From Octopus bimaculoides (Eukaryota): a DNA stretch of 64,000 nucleotides. The notes beneath the pieces are model-generated. The model was not told where the DNA came from. It saw only the letters and a list, made by a program, of their open reading frames with translations, and did not search any database. The stretch covers positions 73,312,211 through 73,376,210 of the forward strand of contig NC_068987.1 of assembly GCF_001194135.2 (NCBI RefSeq), written 5' to 3'. This document shows positions 1 through 13,600 of the stretch, in pieces (position 1 is the stretch's first letter; each line of letters starts with the position of its first letter). The position numbers and the translations under genes are program-made.

Positions 1-399
1 CAGTGAAAGGACTTCACAGAAACAATCCTTTTGTTCATCTGACACTTATGATTATGACAGAGATCACTTTTGGTCTTATGTTGCCATGACTAGTCTAAGC
101 TTAATTATTCTGCCATTCTAACTACCTCAATTACTCTAGCCATTTCTCTGCTGACAATATACCTACTCTAGCCACTCTAACATAGTCGTAGAATTTGTAA
201 TATTGGCCAAGTGTCTCCTACTATAGTTACAGACCAACTAATTCTTAAAGAAGCCTACCACAGAAAATGTGTTTCACCAAATTCTATCTGACTCTTGTAA
301 ACATAAAAAAGCGGATGTTGAAACTATGATGATGTTCCTTGCTTGTGAAGAGCCTGGCCGAGACACATCTCCATCTCACTTTTTAAGCACAGGACACTT

Positions 400-1260
400 C
401 AACATACCTCTGCTTTAGCATCTCTCTAACTTCTCCAAACCTAGTTTTTAACCATGCTAATGTGAATGGCAGCAGCTGTAAAGTTTCCACCATCGGAGTT
501 TTCAGTGGTGGGCAAGTGTGATAGTGGGTGAGCTGCTTGATGTATGTGTGTGTACCTGATGGTAGAGACTTGTTGACCCAAGTCATTATAGTTGAGGGGG
601 TACTCACACCTAACTGCCCCTCTACTGTGCATGTCACTGGTCCCACTGATACAGTTGATATATTTCCTTGAATTTTGTGAAAGTTAAATATTTCTGGCAT
701 ATTATTTATCTTTGGGTGCTTTTCCTGTGTTGCCAACTACTTTATAACACGGACTGGCACATTTTATCATGTCACTGGCACTGGAGAGGTCTCTCAGATG
801 ATACTGTCCTCTTGACACAATCAGTCTTACAGTTATTACTCTCCTTAGTGGGTTGCCTTCACTACAATAGGTTGAACTCACATCTTCTCTATGTGATTAG
901 AGCAGAACCTTTTTTTTTGTATATTCTTGGGTTGTTTGAAATGCTTGTTTCCTAGACATGCCACTACAACTCAAAAGCCTTGTCTCCCTATGATGTAGGG
1001 AAAGGATTTAGTTACCAAGGGTGCTCACATTGGTAATCTAATGCTCTTATGGATAAAGGTTGTCTCTGTGATGTAAGGTGGAGTTGGGTTGTCAAGAGAA
1101 TTTGTGATAGTAGTCTAAGGCATAGAAGTTCTCCATTATTTATCTAAAGGGAAGGAGGAGCTAAGAGATGTAATGTGTAGTAGCTGGGAATGAGGTTACC
1201 TCCATAAGGCTACACAGCTAGGACTGTTTAACTGCCAAGGGAATATATTGTGATAGTTAA
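400..1260 (-). mobile_element. Degenerate LINE endonuclease-like fragment (CR1/L2-type?)
   Basis: The minus-strand translation has QLTHYHT-like remnants reminiscent of APE domains, with many stops. Family assignment is tentative. Confidence 0.3.
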
Positions 1261-1483
1261 AAGGTGGCTGGGTCTACTAGCCAGCTTGGTGGATTAGTTT
1301 TATCAATATTCTGCATAAATAATAATTGTAACAACAAATATGAAAATGTTTGTCTTCTTGTTAGTTTTGAAATACTGCAAACTTTCTTAAATTGCACATG
1401 TATATAATATATAACATGCATATAAATGTGTATTGTTCTTATAAATGCCTCAACTTGCATACACGTATATTTTCCTTTTTTAG

Positions 1484-1613
1484 GCAACTTTGCCAAACTC
1501 TGTGAGTTTATCAACAAAAGTACTGACTTTTTAGCGAAGAATTCCAGTCATCTTGACAACGTGATTGCTACATTAGACTGCCAGAAACATTCGTTTGGAA
1601 TCTTGGGCATTTT
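1484..1613 (+). CDS. COPS3: COPS3 exon (equivalent to human exon 2), 130 nt
   Basis: ttttag|GC AAC...ATT TT|gtaagt; (G)[42 protein letters not shown](L). Confidence 0.95.
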
Positions 1614-4600
1614 GTAAGTGAATTTATTTTTTTGTGTGTTTAATTATTCATTGCAATATTATTATAGATAATTTTTGATTTGAGGTTAGTTAATCTGAAC
1701 ATGGGACCCACCCAGAGCTTTCCTCAGTTTTCCTATGACCACTGGTGATGATAAGTCGGTGATCTATTTTAGTGGTGGGCTAGATCTTGTGTAAAAGTTA
1801 TTTGTTAACCTTTTAACATTTAAACCAGCCATATCTTGCCCAAATATTCTACCTGTTTTATGTCCAAACTAGCCAGCTCCTTCCTCTAACATCTACCTTA
1901 CAATATCATTTTAAAAGTACACAGTCACATCATTGAAATTTCTAAGGTACCAGACAATGCATGATTAATTCAAAACAATGGGAATAAACATATGCATTAT
2001 ATCTGACAGTAATCTGAATGCTAAATAAGGAGAAATCTAGATGCTGGCATAGAGTTGTCACAGACATAGTAGGATGCAGGACAAAATTTTTTACAGTATT
2101 TAGTTACATTCCTGTATGTTTTGAGTTCAGATCCATCCAGGATCCTTCCTAGGTCAATAAAATAAGTGTTGTCAAGTAGTAGATCAATTCAGTCAACTAT
2201 ATTCTTCCTTGAAAGACATTTGTGGCAGTGTGCCTTATGTTAGGAATCATCATTATTAGTGAAGGTAGTGGATTAGCAGCATTGTTAGAGCATCAGATGA
2301 AATGTCTTGCCAGATTTATTTTGGCTCTTTATATTTTGCAGAGGTCAACTATACTTTCATCCTTTCAGCTTTATTGTTCCATTTTGTATTTGAAAAAGAC
2401 AATGTATTTTAATCTGTGACACTAATTTTTTTTTAAACGAACATGTCCACAACTTTATTTAAATTTTTTATCAATGTCGGAAACAACTTATGAGAAAGTG
2501 TTGTAAATCTGGCACATATGCAGTGCCTTTCTGTTTGGTGTTGATAAAAATCTTGAAGATGTGAAATGATGTTTATGTTGTTACTGTTGCTTGTTATATC
2601 ACACATAACTTATCTTCTGTCTGTTTGTTTATGTTTTCTGATCTTTTACTTCCTTTTAAGGTGTGTAAAGTATAACTTGAGTAACATTCCAGACTTTGAA
2701 ACTTTGTATGTCCAAACTCAGGATTTTATACTTTCATGCAATGGCGAACATGTTAGAAATGCAACTAGTAGCTGTAAGTATCTTTTTGCCTGACATAACA
2801 TTTCTTTTGGTTGTTGTTACTGTTGCTTTCTTCTGATAGCCTCACCTCAAGCAGCTGCTTTTGTGACGTATCTCATAATGCTGTGTCAGGAACCTCTCTG
2901 TCCTGCACTGGTTTTTGAAGATCCTCACTTTCATGTTGCATGTGTGTCTGCCAATATCATCAGTGTAGTGGAGTGATCTTCATGTTTTGTTAGACTGCAG
3001 AAATTTCCAGAATAACACATCCAAGTTAGCATGTTGTTCAGCATGATATCTATGGTCAGCGAAGTCTATCCTGTTTTGAGCAATAATACTAGTGATGGGT
3101 GGAATGTGTCCATAAATCTCCTCTTTGGTCTTGCGCTCATGCCACTAGATGTTTTGAGCCCTCTTGGTATATGTACTTGAGCCTGATGTATATACCATGA
3201 AAGTGCTCTTGAAGCTTCTTTATAATTGAGGTTTCCTCTCTGTAGAGAAAATTCTCTCTACACATGTCCTGAAGGTAAACCTTGTTGACTTTGAAAAGCT
3301 TAATTGCCAAATGTTTTGAAGTTTGTTAGAGGCACTCCAGGCTAATAGATTGCATGTAAAGAAGTCTTTTTTTACTGTCAGCAATGTAGGCTACAAGGTA
3401 CTTGATGTCATTGACTTTCTTGTTTTGTGTGCATTGTTGAAACACAATGGCAGGTCGCTTTCATCTTCATTGATGGTCAGGTAGAATGAAGTCTTCTTTG
3501 CATTGAGAAACAGACTGATTTTGACTGCAGTATTCTCAAGTGATGTTAACCCACAGTTGTTGAACTGTGAAAGCAAGATCAACAGCATAGTCAGTCAGAG
3601 AGGTACAGGATCCAGGCACTGCTGATGGTCTTGATTGTTTCTGCTAGATGGTACGGCCTTTGTCTAGGATAGCATCAAGACCTTGTTTAAGGATGTAGTC
3701 CCCTACAGTTACAAAGAAAAAAGGAGCTAGGGTGTCTCCATGAAGAATTCCTGCTGTTGTTGGAAACTCTTTAGTTGGGCCATCTTTACTTTGCTCAAAG
3801 TTTTATGGGTTTTCATAAATGATTGCAATGGCTTTGATTTTATCTGGAACACCTTAGTTCAACAGGAGATGCGACAAGGCTTTTCTGTTGATACTATCAA
3901 ATACCTTGGAGAGACTGGCTCCTGTGCCGGTGGCACGTAAAAAGCACCATCTGAATGTGGCTGATGCCACTGGCTCCCGTGCCGGTGACATGTAAAAAAC
4001 ACTCACTACACTCTCGGAGTGGTTGGCGTTAGGAAGGGCATCCAGCTGTAGAAACATTGCCAGATCAGATTAGTTTCAACATATGGTCTCATGTCAGACA
4101 AGTGCGTCTCCAAAATAATAGCTGTTTTCTTCTTTAATATTATTTTGATATTGTTATATTTTGGGTTGATGGTTTTTCTTTTTTTTTTTTTGCCAAATAA
4201 ACACAAGCACTGTATATTCATTCTTCATTTGTTTATTATTGTTCTTATTTTATCTGATGTCCTTTGTCTGGAAATCTTCTGTCACACATCTGTAACCTCT
4301 TCAGTGACTAGGTGGAGCAGGAGGATACACTTGGATGGAGAGTGTCACTGAAGAGGTCACAGATGTGTGACGAAAGAATTCCAGACAATAGACATAAGAC
4401 AAAATAAGGATGATAATAAATGAGTGAAGAACAAATATATAGTGTTTATATATAGTGTTTATTAGGCAAATGAAAAAAAAAAGTGACCATCCCAAATTAT
4501 AACAATATCTGTTTCAACACATTATTTCACTTCAGGAATCTTGCAACGCAAATTCATAAATATATTATTTTAATATTTTTTGAATATTGATAATTTACTT

Positions 4601-7600
4601 TCATTTAAACGAAATGTTTTGCTTTTTTGATTAGTTGCTGATCTTTGTCACAAGTTTACTCAATACTTGATGGATAGCACAAGACAGGTAAGTGCCATGA
4701 TTGTATACGTACTTTACTCACAGTCGATTTTTATCTGTCATTTGATTTTGGATGTAAAGAACATTTTTCATAATTCATCTGTGTCATTGAGACTTGAAAA
4801 TGTTAAAATTTACTGTATCATACTAATTTTGGTTTGGAAGATTTAATAATGGGTAAAATAAAATCCATTATAGTCTCTCTTTAGTGCCTCTCATCTCTTA
4901 TTTTTAGCTATTAACTCTTATAATAATCTGCTTTTATTACAAAATGTGCTGTAAGTTTGTGTTATGTAAGGAGAGATAAATTTCAAGGTTTTAAGTCAAC
5001 ATAAATAATCATTATGTTGCTTTGGAGTCTAATTTTTCTTATATGCTTTTATACTTGGACACAACCACTTGTGTCCACAGCAGTAAGACAATGTAAGATA
5101 CATCATCTTACTGCTGAATATTTCTCCATAACTGATTCCATCGATCTTATGCTTCTGTTGCCCTTGTGTTCACCTCTTGTTTATTGTCACATAGCAGTAA
5201 TACCCATTGTTGATCAAATAATTACTTTTTACTTTTTCTCGGGAGTCACATTCAGAGTGTTATTATATATATAAATTTACTCCTGTATGTGTGTATTTTA
5301 TGAGAAAAATACATGTAATAATTGGAGTAGAAAAAAAGTCAATTTCATACACGAACTTCTGTTTGTTTATTATTTGACAATAATAAGTGAGTTGTGTTAT
5401 TCTATATATCAACACAGTAATGGCAATTATATAATACACAAGGCTTTGGTTGGCACAGAGCTGTAATGAAAGAGAATTGCCCAATGTGCTGCACAGTGGG
5501 ACTGAACCTAAGGTGACATGGTTGGAAAGCAAGCTTCTCAACCAGACAGCCACGCCTATAAAGGAGAGATAGATTTTGGATAATATACTCCTTGATACAA
5601 TATGCCTAACAAAAAGATGTGATGTTTGTGGCAAAAAAACCTTTGATTTTAATATTTANNNNNNNNNNNNNNNNNNNNNNNNNNNNNNNNNNNNNNNNNN
5701 NNNNNNNNNNNNNNNNNNNNNNNNNNNNNNNNNNNNNNNNNNNNNNNNNNNNNNNNNNNNNNNNNNNNNNNNNNNNNNNNNNNNNNNNNNNNNNNNNNNN
5801 NNNNNNNNNNNNNNNNNNNNNNNNNNNNNNNNNNNNNNNNNNNNNNNNNNNNNNNNNNNNNNNNNNNNNNNNNNNNNNNNNNNNNNNNNNNNNNNNNNNN
5901 NNNNNNNNNNNNNNNNNNNNNNNNNNNNNNNNNNNNNNNNNNNNNNNNNNNNNNNNNNNNNNNNNNNNNNNNNNNNNNNNNNNNNNNNNNNNNNNNNNAA
6001 GCAAAATTCAAAATTTATACACTTTTAACACATATTGAACATGATAAACATAAATAGAAGTGAGTTTAAAAAAAAAATGCACCCAATTTCACTCAAATCA
6101 TCATTAATTCTGGGACACCCTAAATTTACTTGTCTGACTAGATGGGGGAGGAAACTCAGGGGGTACTAATTGCAGGTGGCGAGCATAGCTTCCGGAAGTG
6201 GTCACGCGATAGTTCAGACATGGATGACATAGAAAGCAGACGTACTGCCGCGCCATGCTGCGTTGCGCAGGATTGGAAACGTGAAACCTCAACAGGGCAC
6301 TTCTGGAGAATGGATGAATGGGTTTGTTGTGCCTTTACCCAGCTGCACACATGCGCACATAGCCCAGTGGTGCATGGGATGGTAACATGAAGCATCAACA
6401 GGGCGCCAACAAAAATTTTAATGTTCTTATTTCCTCTGCAAAAATTGGACAAAAGGTTTTCATGAAATATTATATGCTATCGTTGGAAAATGGCCTAAAA
6501 CAAAGATAAAACTCGGTGCAGTATACTCAAATCTGATTAAACTGCATTTTTGTGGGACCCATAGTCGGAAATTTATTTTAGTCAACAGCAATTTGAGGAG
6601 ACTGATTAATGTTTGTTGCAAATTTGGAGAAAAGCGACTGGATACTCTTCAAGTTATGGGCCTTAACGCTGTGAAAATGCTTAAAAAATGCTGTTGATCT
6701 GCCCCTGCATTAGGCAAGAAGTTGAAAATTGTTTTGGCCCATGACACTCCATAGACCTTATGTAATGCATGTGTAAAATTCCTTTAAAATTGGTTGGGTG
6801 GATCTCGAGTTTTAATGACATGACAAACACACAGACAGAGACACATCCTGTATTTTATATATATATAGATAAACATTGATTCATTATTGTCTTTTTCCAG
6901 CCATCTCAAGCAATGCGAGGAATACCCATCTTAATTAAAGCCATCACCAAGATTCAGCTGTTTCCCTCTCAGCTAACTTCTATTCATAGTGATCTCTGCA
7001 AGGTTAGAAATTTTCATGTTAATTCTTTTCTGGTTGCAATGCTATCCCTATTGTGACTTATACTGACAGATGTCTGTGTTACTACTATGGATATGTTTGA
7101 TGTTATATTCTTATAGAGTTGAAGATGGCATGCTGGCAGAATCCTTAGCATGCCAGACAAAATGCTTAGTGACTTTTCTACTGGCTTTATGCTCCAAGTA
7201 CAAATTCCACCAAAGATGATTTTGTCTTTCATCCTTTCAGGGTTGAGTACTGGGGCTGATGTAATCAATTTCCCCACTGCTCAAAATTGTTGGCCTTGTG
7301 CCAAAATAAGAAAGGATATTATTTGAGAGTTGATTAACCCTGTTCTGGCCGCCAATATCTTTTCTACTTGATCCAGACTTGTACAAAATACATATATATG
7401 TTTGTATATGTCTGTATGTTATATTTCTGACATCAGACTAGATGAAAGCATAATGTATCTGAAAAAGTTAGTTATAGGGGTTCTGTCTGAATGTATGAAT
7501 GACTATAATCAACAGCAGTAACAGCTACACGTTATGAGAAGCTAATGGGGATTTCAAGTCAAAACAACCCTGTCTAAGCTAAACAATCATAGAAACCAGA

Positions 7601-10600
7601 TGTAGAATGCTGGTGTAACCAAATGATGTTTAACCCTTTAGCATTCACATTATTCTGTCAAATGAAAAACTTATTTATTTACATCATTTTGAATAAATCA
7701 TGCATTATCTTGTGGCTTTGAGATTTTGATGAGGTAACTGTTAATTTTTACAATGATATTGCAGGTGGTTGCGAGAGGCCACATATGACTAGTTCAAACA
7801 TAAGACAGGTATAATATTTTGGCTGGATATATCTGGTTTATGTGCGAAAGGGTTAAAGTGTGGATTTTTAAATATTGATAATGAGAATGATGATAGTAAC
7901 AATTACAATGTTGATAATACCAAGTAAAAAGCTTGACATGAAGCCTGTGTGTGCTTTCTCTCTGTCTGTGTGTCTATTCACAATGAGTTTACTGTATGCA
8001 TCTGTTTTCATTCTTCTTATTTCTCTTTTTCAGTTGTGTTTGCAATCCAAAAACCTGCAGCCTGCCTTGCAGTTTTTAAATGTGGACTTTGTTGATATTG
8101 GCAATGAAGTAAGGAGTATTTTATTTTATGTTTCTTGTATCTAAAATTTACTTTGAGTGTACTCATGTGCATGTATCCACCCTGGATCACACATGGGCAA
8201 CTTTTTTCAAGAAGTGGGCTGCACGAGACATGGCTTATCAGTTGAGCTGCACTACTAAAAGAATTTAAGGTAATTTTTCGTTGGCGAATCATTCAGAAAG
8301 TCCTGCAGGCTCTAGTTTGCCCATGACTGGTCTTGTTCAGTTTTGATAATTGTAAGAATAGGAAAACATTAATTACTGAATTTTGTTGTAAAGAATAATG
8401 GTTTTATCTGTATGGTCACATGGTGAAGAAATTTGCTTTGCAATCAGTAAGACCCCAAGTTTGATCTTATAGTATGAAACATTTGGTGTCTTCTACTCTA
8501 GCTTCAGTTCCACCCAAGCCTTGTGAACGAAATCGGGTCAATGGTAACCCAATGGTCATTGGATGCACTTCACCTTTAATTCAATGGCTCTGCATGTTAA
8601 ACTAATGCAACACATGGTGTCACACTAATTCAGCCCTAGGATTACATAAAGCATCTGTGGAAAACTCAGCCACTCATACACTGTAATACAATAGAGGAGT
8701 ATTTTTGTAATTCTTAAAACAGTAATGTCTTCATTTTTGAAATTACATCCACCCCCACATGTACACTTGACTACAAAAACAGCATGTTTAAACTACATAG
8801 ACTGAGACAAACATGATGGGGTTTCTATAAATTTTGTTAAACATTCTGTTTTTACTTCTGCAGGGAGGTCACTATGATGCCAAAGACTTCTTACTCTATT
8901 ACTACTATGGTGGGATGATCTACACTGCTCTAAAGAACTATGATCGTGCTTTGTATTTCTTTGAAGTGGTAAGTAATTTTTGACCAAAATGTTGTAAGTA
9001 GAAATTAGTTGACAAAAATTTGTGGAAATCTAGTGTCTATGTATGTGATGTATGTATCTATGTGTATGTGTGTATGCATATGTATGTGTGTATCACTGAA
9101 GGACATAAACCTCCACAAGGAAAAGAGTGCTTTTTCCATGAACCGTCTTGTGATATTTGTTCTGTGTCAAGTCACATATACTCCCTTGTCATTTTCTCTG
9201 CTAGTAATGCATGAACCAGTTATCAGCTCATTGGAAACCTGTAATCAACAACACTTTATTATCTTTTTTAATTACAGTATGTGCATGTGCATATTTATGT
9301 TACTGTCTTCTTGCCATGACATCATGTAATAGTTGTGTGAGTCAATGTCATGTAAGCAGTGTCCTTCATTTCCAGTCTTCTGTGATAACATGTCTGATCA
9401 TGGGGAAATATTTCCTTACTTGGAAACAAGTGATTTTGGCAACAGGAAGGACATCTAGTCATAGTAAAATCTACCTGAAGAAATTCTGTCTCTCCCATGC
9501 AAACTTGGAAATCTGCACACTAAAAATGATGATGGTGGTGATGAAGACTTGCAATCAAAGTATTGTAAGGGAAACAATCCAAATATAAACAGCTGGGTCA
9601 CAACTAGCTAGTTAAGTGATGGATAAAGATTCTTAGAACCTGATTGGATGAGAGATATTTGGGAATTAGAGGTAACTGTTGAATCAAGTGATTGTACATA
9701 TGATGGAGATATCACAAACACATCATGCTTGGAGTGAGTTCACCTTACCCACTTTAGTTGTGGCCACCACCAGAATCCTCAGACATACAAGAAAGTTTCT
9801 GTGTGGTTTCTCATCTTGTTAAAAAATAGCAGTAAAATCTTTTCCAAATCATATCCCACTGTCTTATAAAAAAGTGGTATAGATGCATTGTTTAATGTGG
9901 TGTTGGATTCATTGTGTGTGAAGAAAAGAGGCAAGGTTGTCACTGCTGGAATGACTGAGCATACACATTCTTGATTTTAGTTGACTTGGGGCTAAGCAAC
10001 AATGGCAGACACACAGGAACAAACTAGACATCATCAATCGTTGTCACCAACATTTTACATCCGCTTTTCCATGTTTGCATGAGTTGGATGGTTTTTCTAC
10101 AGCTGTTCTTTACAGCTTGATGTCCTTCTGCTTATCAACCTTTTATGAGTGTTAGGTACAACATGCACTTGTAAGAGTGCACGGTGTATCTATTCTAAAA
10201 TCAAGATACACATATCACATTGACTGCACCAGTTCTTGTTTGATCACTGAAATTAAGTGTCAGGCCTTCTTAGTACCTGACGCTTAATAGATGGGTGACC
10301 GTTTGGGAAACCTAAGGTGCAGTAAGCATTTCATATTGTAGTCCACTCTGGTTGGTGTTAGGAAGGGTATCTAGCTGTAAAAACCATGTCAAACTAGACA
10401 TAAAGTATGGTGTAGTCGTCTGCCGAGCCAGCTCATGTCTTTGTCCAACCCATTGCCAGCATGGAAAGCAGACGTTAAATGATGATGACATGGGTAAAGA
10501 AACAGACTAGACAGTGGGCTGATACTAGATGACCGACTCAGTCCTGAATTCAAACCTACTGCTGGTGTTTTATTTTGTATTTAGAGAGTACACATATCTC

Positions 10601-13600
10601 AGATAGGTATCTGTTACCTCGGAGATGCTATATGAGATATACCTGAATCCTAAAAAAATGAGATTTGCTTATGAAAGCTGTACAGAAGCTTATTGTGTGT
10701 GTGTTTGTTTTGAATTGATACCACTTAGGCAGTGGTAACATTTGTACCTGCAGACCATAAATGTAACTAGCAGCATTGCAGTTTCAATATGCGTTAACAA
10801 GTGAATTAAAACATCTTACTTGGCATCAGGGTGGGCCTCAAACTGTTGAATACTGCCTCAGCAAGTCCTTATTTCCTTAAATAAGACCTACCACTCTGTC
10901 TGTCTCGGTCAATGTAACTGAGAAGTTTCCATTCCTGCTACCTTACAACCAAATAGACGAGGGATGAGACAACCAGACCACTATAAGGCATGGTTGCTGC
11001 AGTTTAATTTAATGTGTAATTATCTAAACTTTGAAGAAACATCCTACCCATCGTTATTTGTCAAAAATAACTAAAGTGTTTGTTGATGTTTCATTGTTTT
11101 TCAGGCAATTACAACTCCCAGCATGGCTGTCAGCCACATTATGATGGAGGCTTATAAGAAATATATATTAGTGGCACTTATATTACATGGAAAGGTAAGA
11201 GAAATATTCTATTATGTTGTGTTATATTGCATGGTTAGGTTGGTGCTGGAGGTATATATGTATATATATTGTATAGTACTGCAAAGCAAAAGCAGCATTT
11301 ATCTTTTGATATTGTGTTGCAAGGCAAGGTGGGGGGTCGTGTTTGTGGGGTTATACTATGTATTGTCATACTACTGAGAGAGGAAATGGGAGAGGAGTGG
11401 TCACACATTGAAGGAAGGAATTGGTTGTTTTGTTATACTGCACAGAGAGAAAAGTGTTTGTTATACCACAGTGTTATGAAGGAGAGAATGAAATTCTAGC
11501 TACTGTGACTGTAAGCTGCACAATATATATATATATNNNNNNNNNNNNNNNNNNNNNNNNNNNNNNNNNNNNNNNNNNNNNNNNNNNNNNNNNNNNNNNN
11601 NNNNNNNNNNNNNNNNNNNNNNNNNNNNNNNNNNNNATATTATTATAGGAAGAAATTCAAAATCTTACAGCTGTTTCTGAGATATCCTCGGGTATGGGAT
11701 ATTCCATCATCAGAGACAAACTGGGGAAAGAAATATGGAAAATGAGAATGCTGTATATCAATAAGATGATAACATAGAGGAAGTGGGTAAGAGAATAAGA
11801 TGATGGAAAGAGAGAAGAGAAAAGAGGCATTATAGTTCATAGTTCAACTTTTTGAAGTTATAGAAACCAAAGCAGGAATCCTTAGTTGCAATCCTGCATG
11901 TATCCATGAGTGTAATTCTTTAGGTGCAATCCTTCAGAAAGTTGAACTATGAACTTTTATGCCTCTTTTTGACATCCTGTTTAACAATTATATATCCACT
12001 GCATCTGCAATGGCTCCATAACTACCATCTTGGCTTTAACCTTGGAGCCTCAGTAATCCATTACAGCACTTACCTAGCATTTGGATTACCTGTGAACTAA
12101 ATCCCCATACTTTGTCACATATATATATATATATATATACAAATGTATGTGTGTATTTATGTATATGCATACATACAGACATTGAGTTGAGAGAGGTGGT
12201 CAATTAATGAACATTTCCTCAGTTAAGAAACACATGCAGCCACAGCTATGTCAGATTGTGACAATATTTAGCAAGTTGTTTGTAATAAAATTGATGGCAA
12301 TTAATATGTTGTTGACAAGAGAAGAAAATGGGAATTCAGTGTGTAAGTTGCACTGAATGCTGGGTAACATGCTACAACATTGGAAAAAGTTATGAAAGCA
12401 TGTGACTGTTTGGAGGATTGGTGCATGGGTATAGAAGACAGGCAGTAAGCAGAAGTCAGGCAGTATGAAGCCATGTAATAAAGACCTACATTCCACAAGA
12501 CACTGACCTGTGCACGACTTCTCTGTGCAATTTGACTTGCTGGGCTGGTCTGTGGTATCCCTGCTGTTAACTTTACTGTTGGACTTGTGTTGGTATAAGA
12601 AGGATGTCGAGTTTTGCAGCAATAGGAAGGAAGGAAGAGCTCATGTGTTGTTCTACTATATTGGTAAGAAAGAGACCCTGTAGTGTTATATTACATTGGA
12701 AGAGGGTCATGTATTGTTATATGGCATAGCAATGCTTTGAAGTGAAAATGAGTGAACATATTTAGGGTGTAGGACAGTGAATAAAAGACAATCAAAATAG
12801 TGTGATACGCAACACATACATATTGCCTGTTTATGTTATCATTAGAGGTCTTTTAATTTGTAAATCTGCATATTCACCAAACAATGAGGAAGTGGGAAGA
12901 TGTTTGTTGAAATCATTATTCTTATTATTATTTTTCTTATTTTTGTTTAAATTTTTTTATTCTCAGATTCCAGCTCTTCCAAAATACACATCTCAAGTTG
13001 TAGGTAAATATATTAAGGTGAGCATTTAAAAAATTTTTTTTTTAAAGATATCTTTTAACTGTACGAGAAGGGAGTCTGAACACAGCAACATTCTGTTTCC
13101 CTTGTTTAAAGAAGAAGGGAAACAGACTGGTGGGGATACTAAAGTTGCTGATGCCAAAATTGAACACCCGAAGCTTAATACCTGCAAGGAAAATAAGACT
13201 TGGAATGGAATTGGTGGTTCTGATCCAAATGTTTGTAACTGACTGAACTCTTTGAAGAGCTATCTAAAGACCATGTGGTAGTACCAAAACAAATGGCACT
13301 TTAGTTTGTCTTAAGTTTCTTGGCATAAAGCTTGACATGTTTTAAATTCCATGTCATATATATATATATATATATACACATACAATCAACATCATTATTT
13401 TAGCGTCCATTTTTCCATGCTTGCATCAGTTAGACTGAATTCGTCAGGGTAGATTCTCTACAGCTGGATGCCCAACCTGTCATCACCCCTCACCTGTTTT
13501 GAAGCATGGTAATATTTCCTCATGGCCAGACATGTTACAGAAGACAGGAAACAAAGGACTACACTTATATGACAAAGATGATTCTTTATAACATTGCATG

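Noticed and set aside
383-736. 117-aa minus-strand ORF as a gene or as COPS3 exon 1
   Set aside because: Wrong strand for COPS3 and no recognisable domain beyond weak LINE endonuclease remnants. I found no MASALEQFV-like first exon in 1-1483.
6909-6910. Alternative acceptor restoring the shorter human-like exon 5
   Set aside because: Using it removes 10 nt and shifts the frame.
12251-12622. 123-aa minus-strand ORF
   Set aside because: No recognisable homology or splice context; the length is within chance expectation.
13084-13240. H/ACA snoRNA
   Set aside because: No ANANNA hinge or second hairpin with an ACA tail could be identified.
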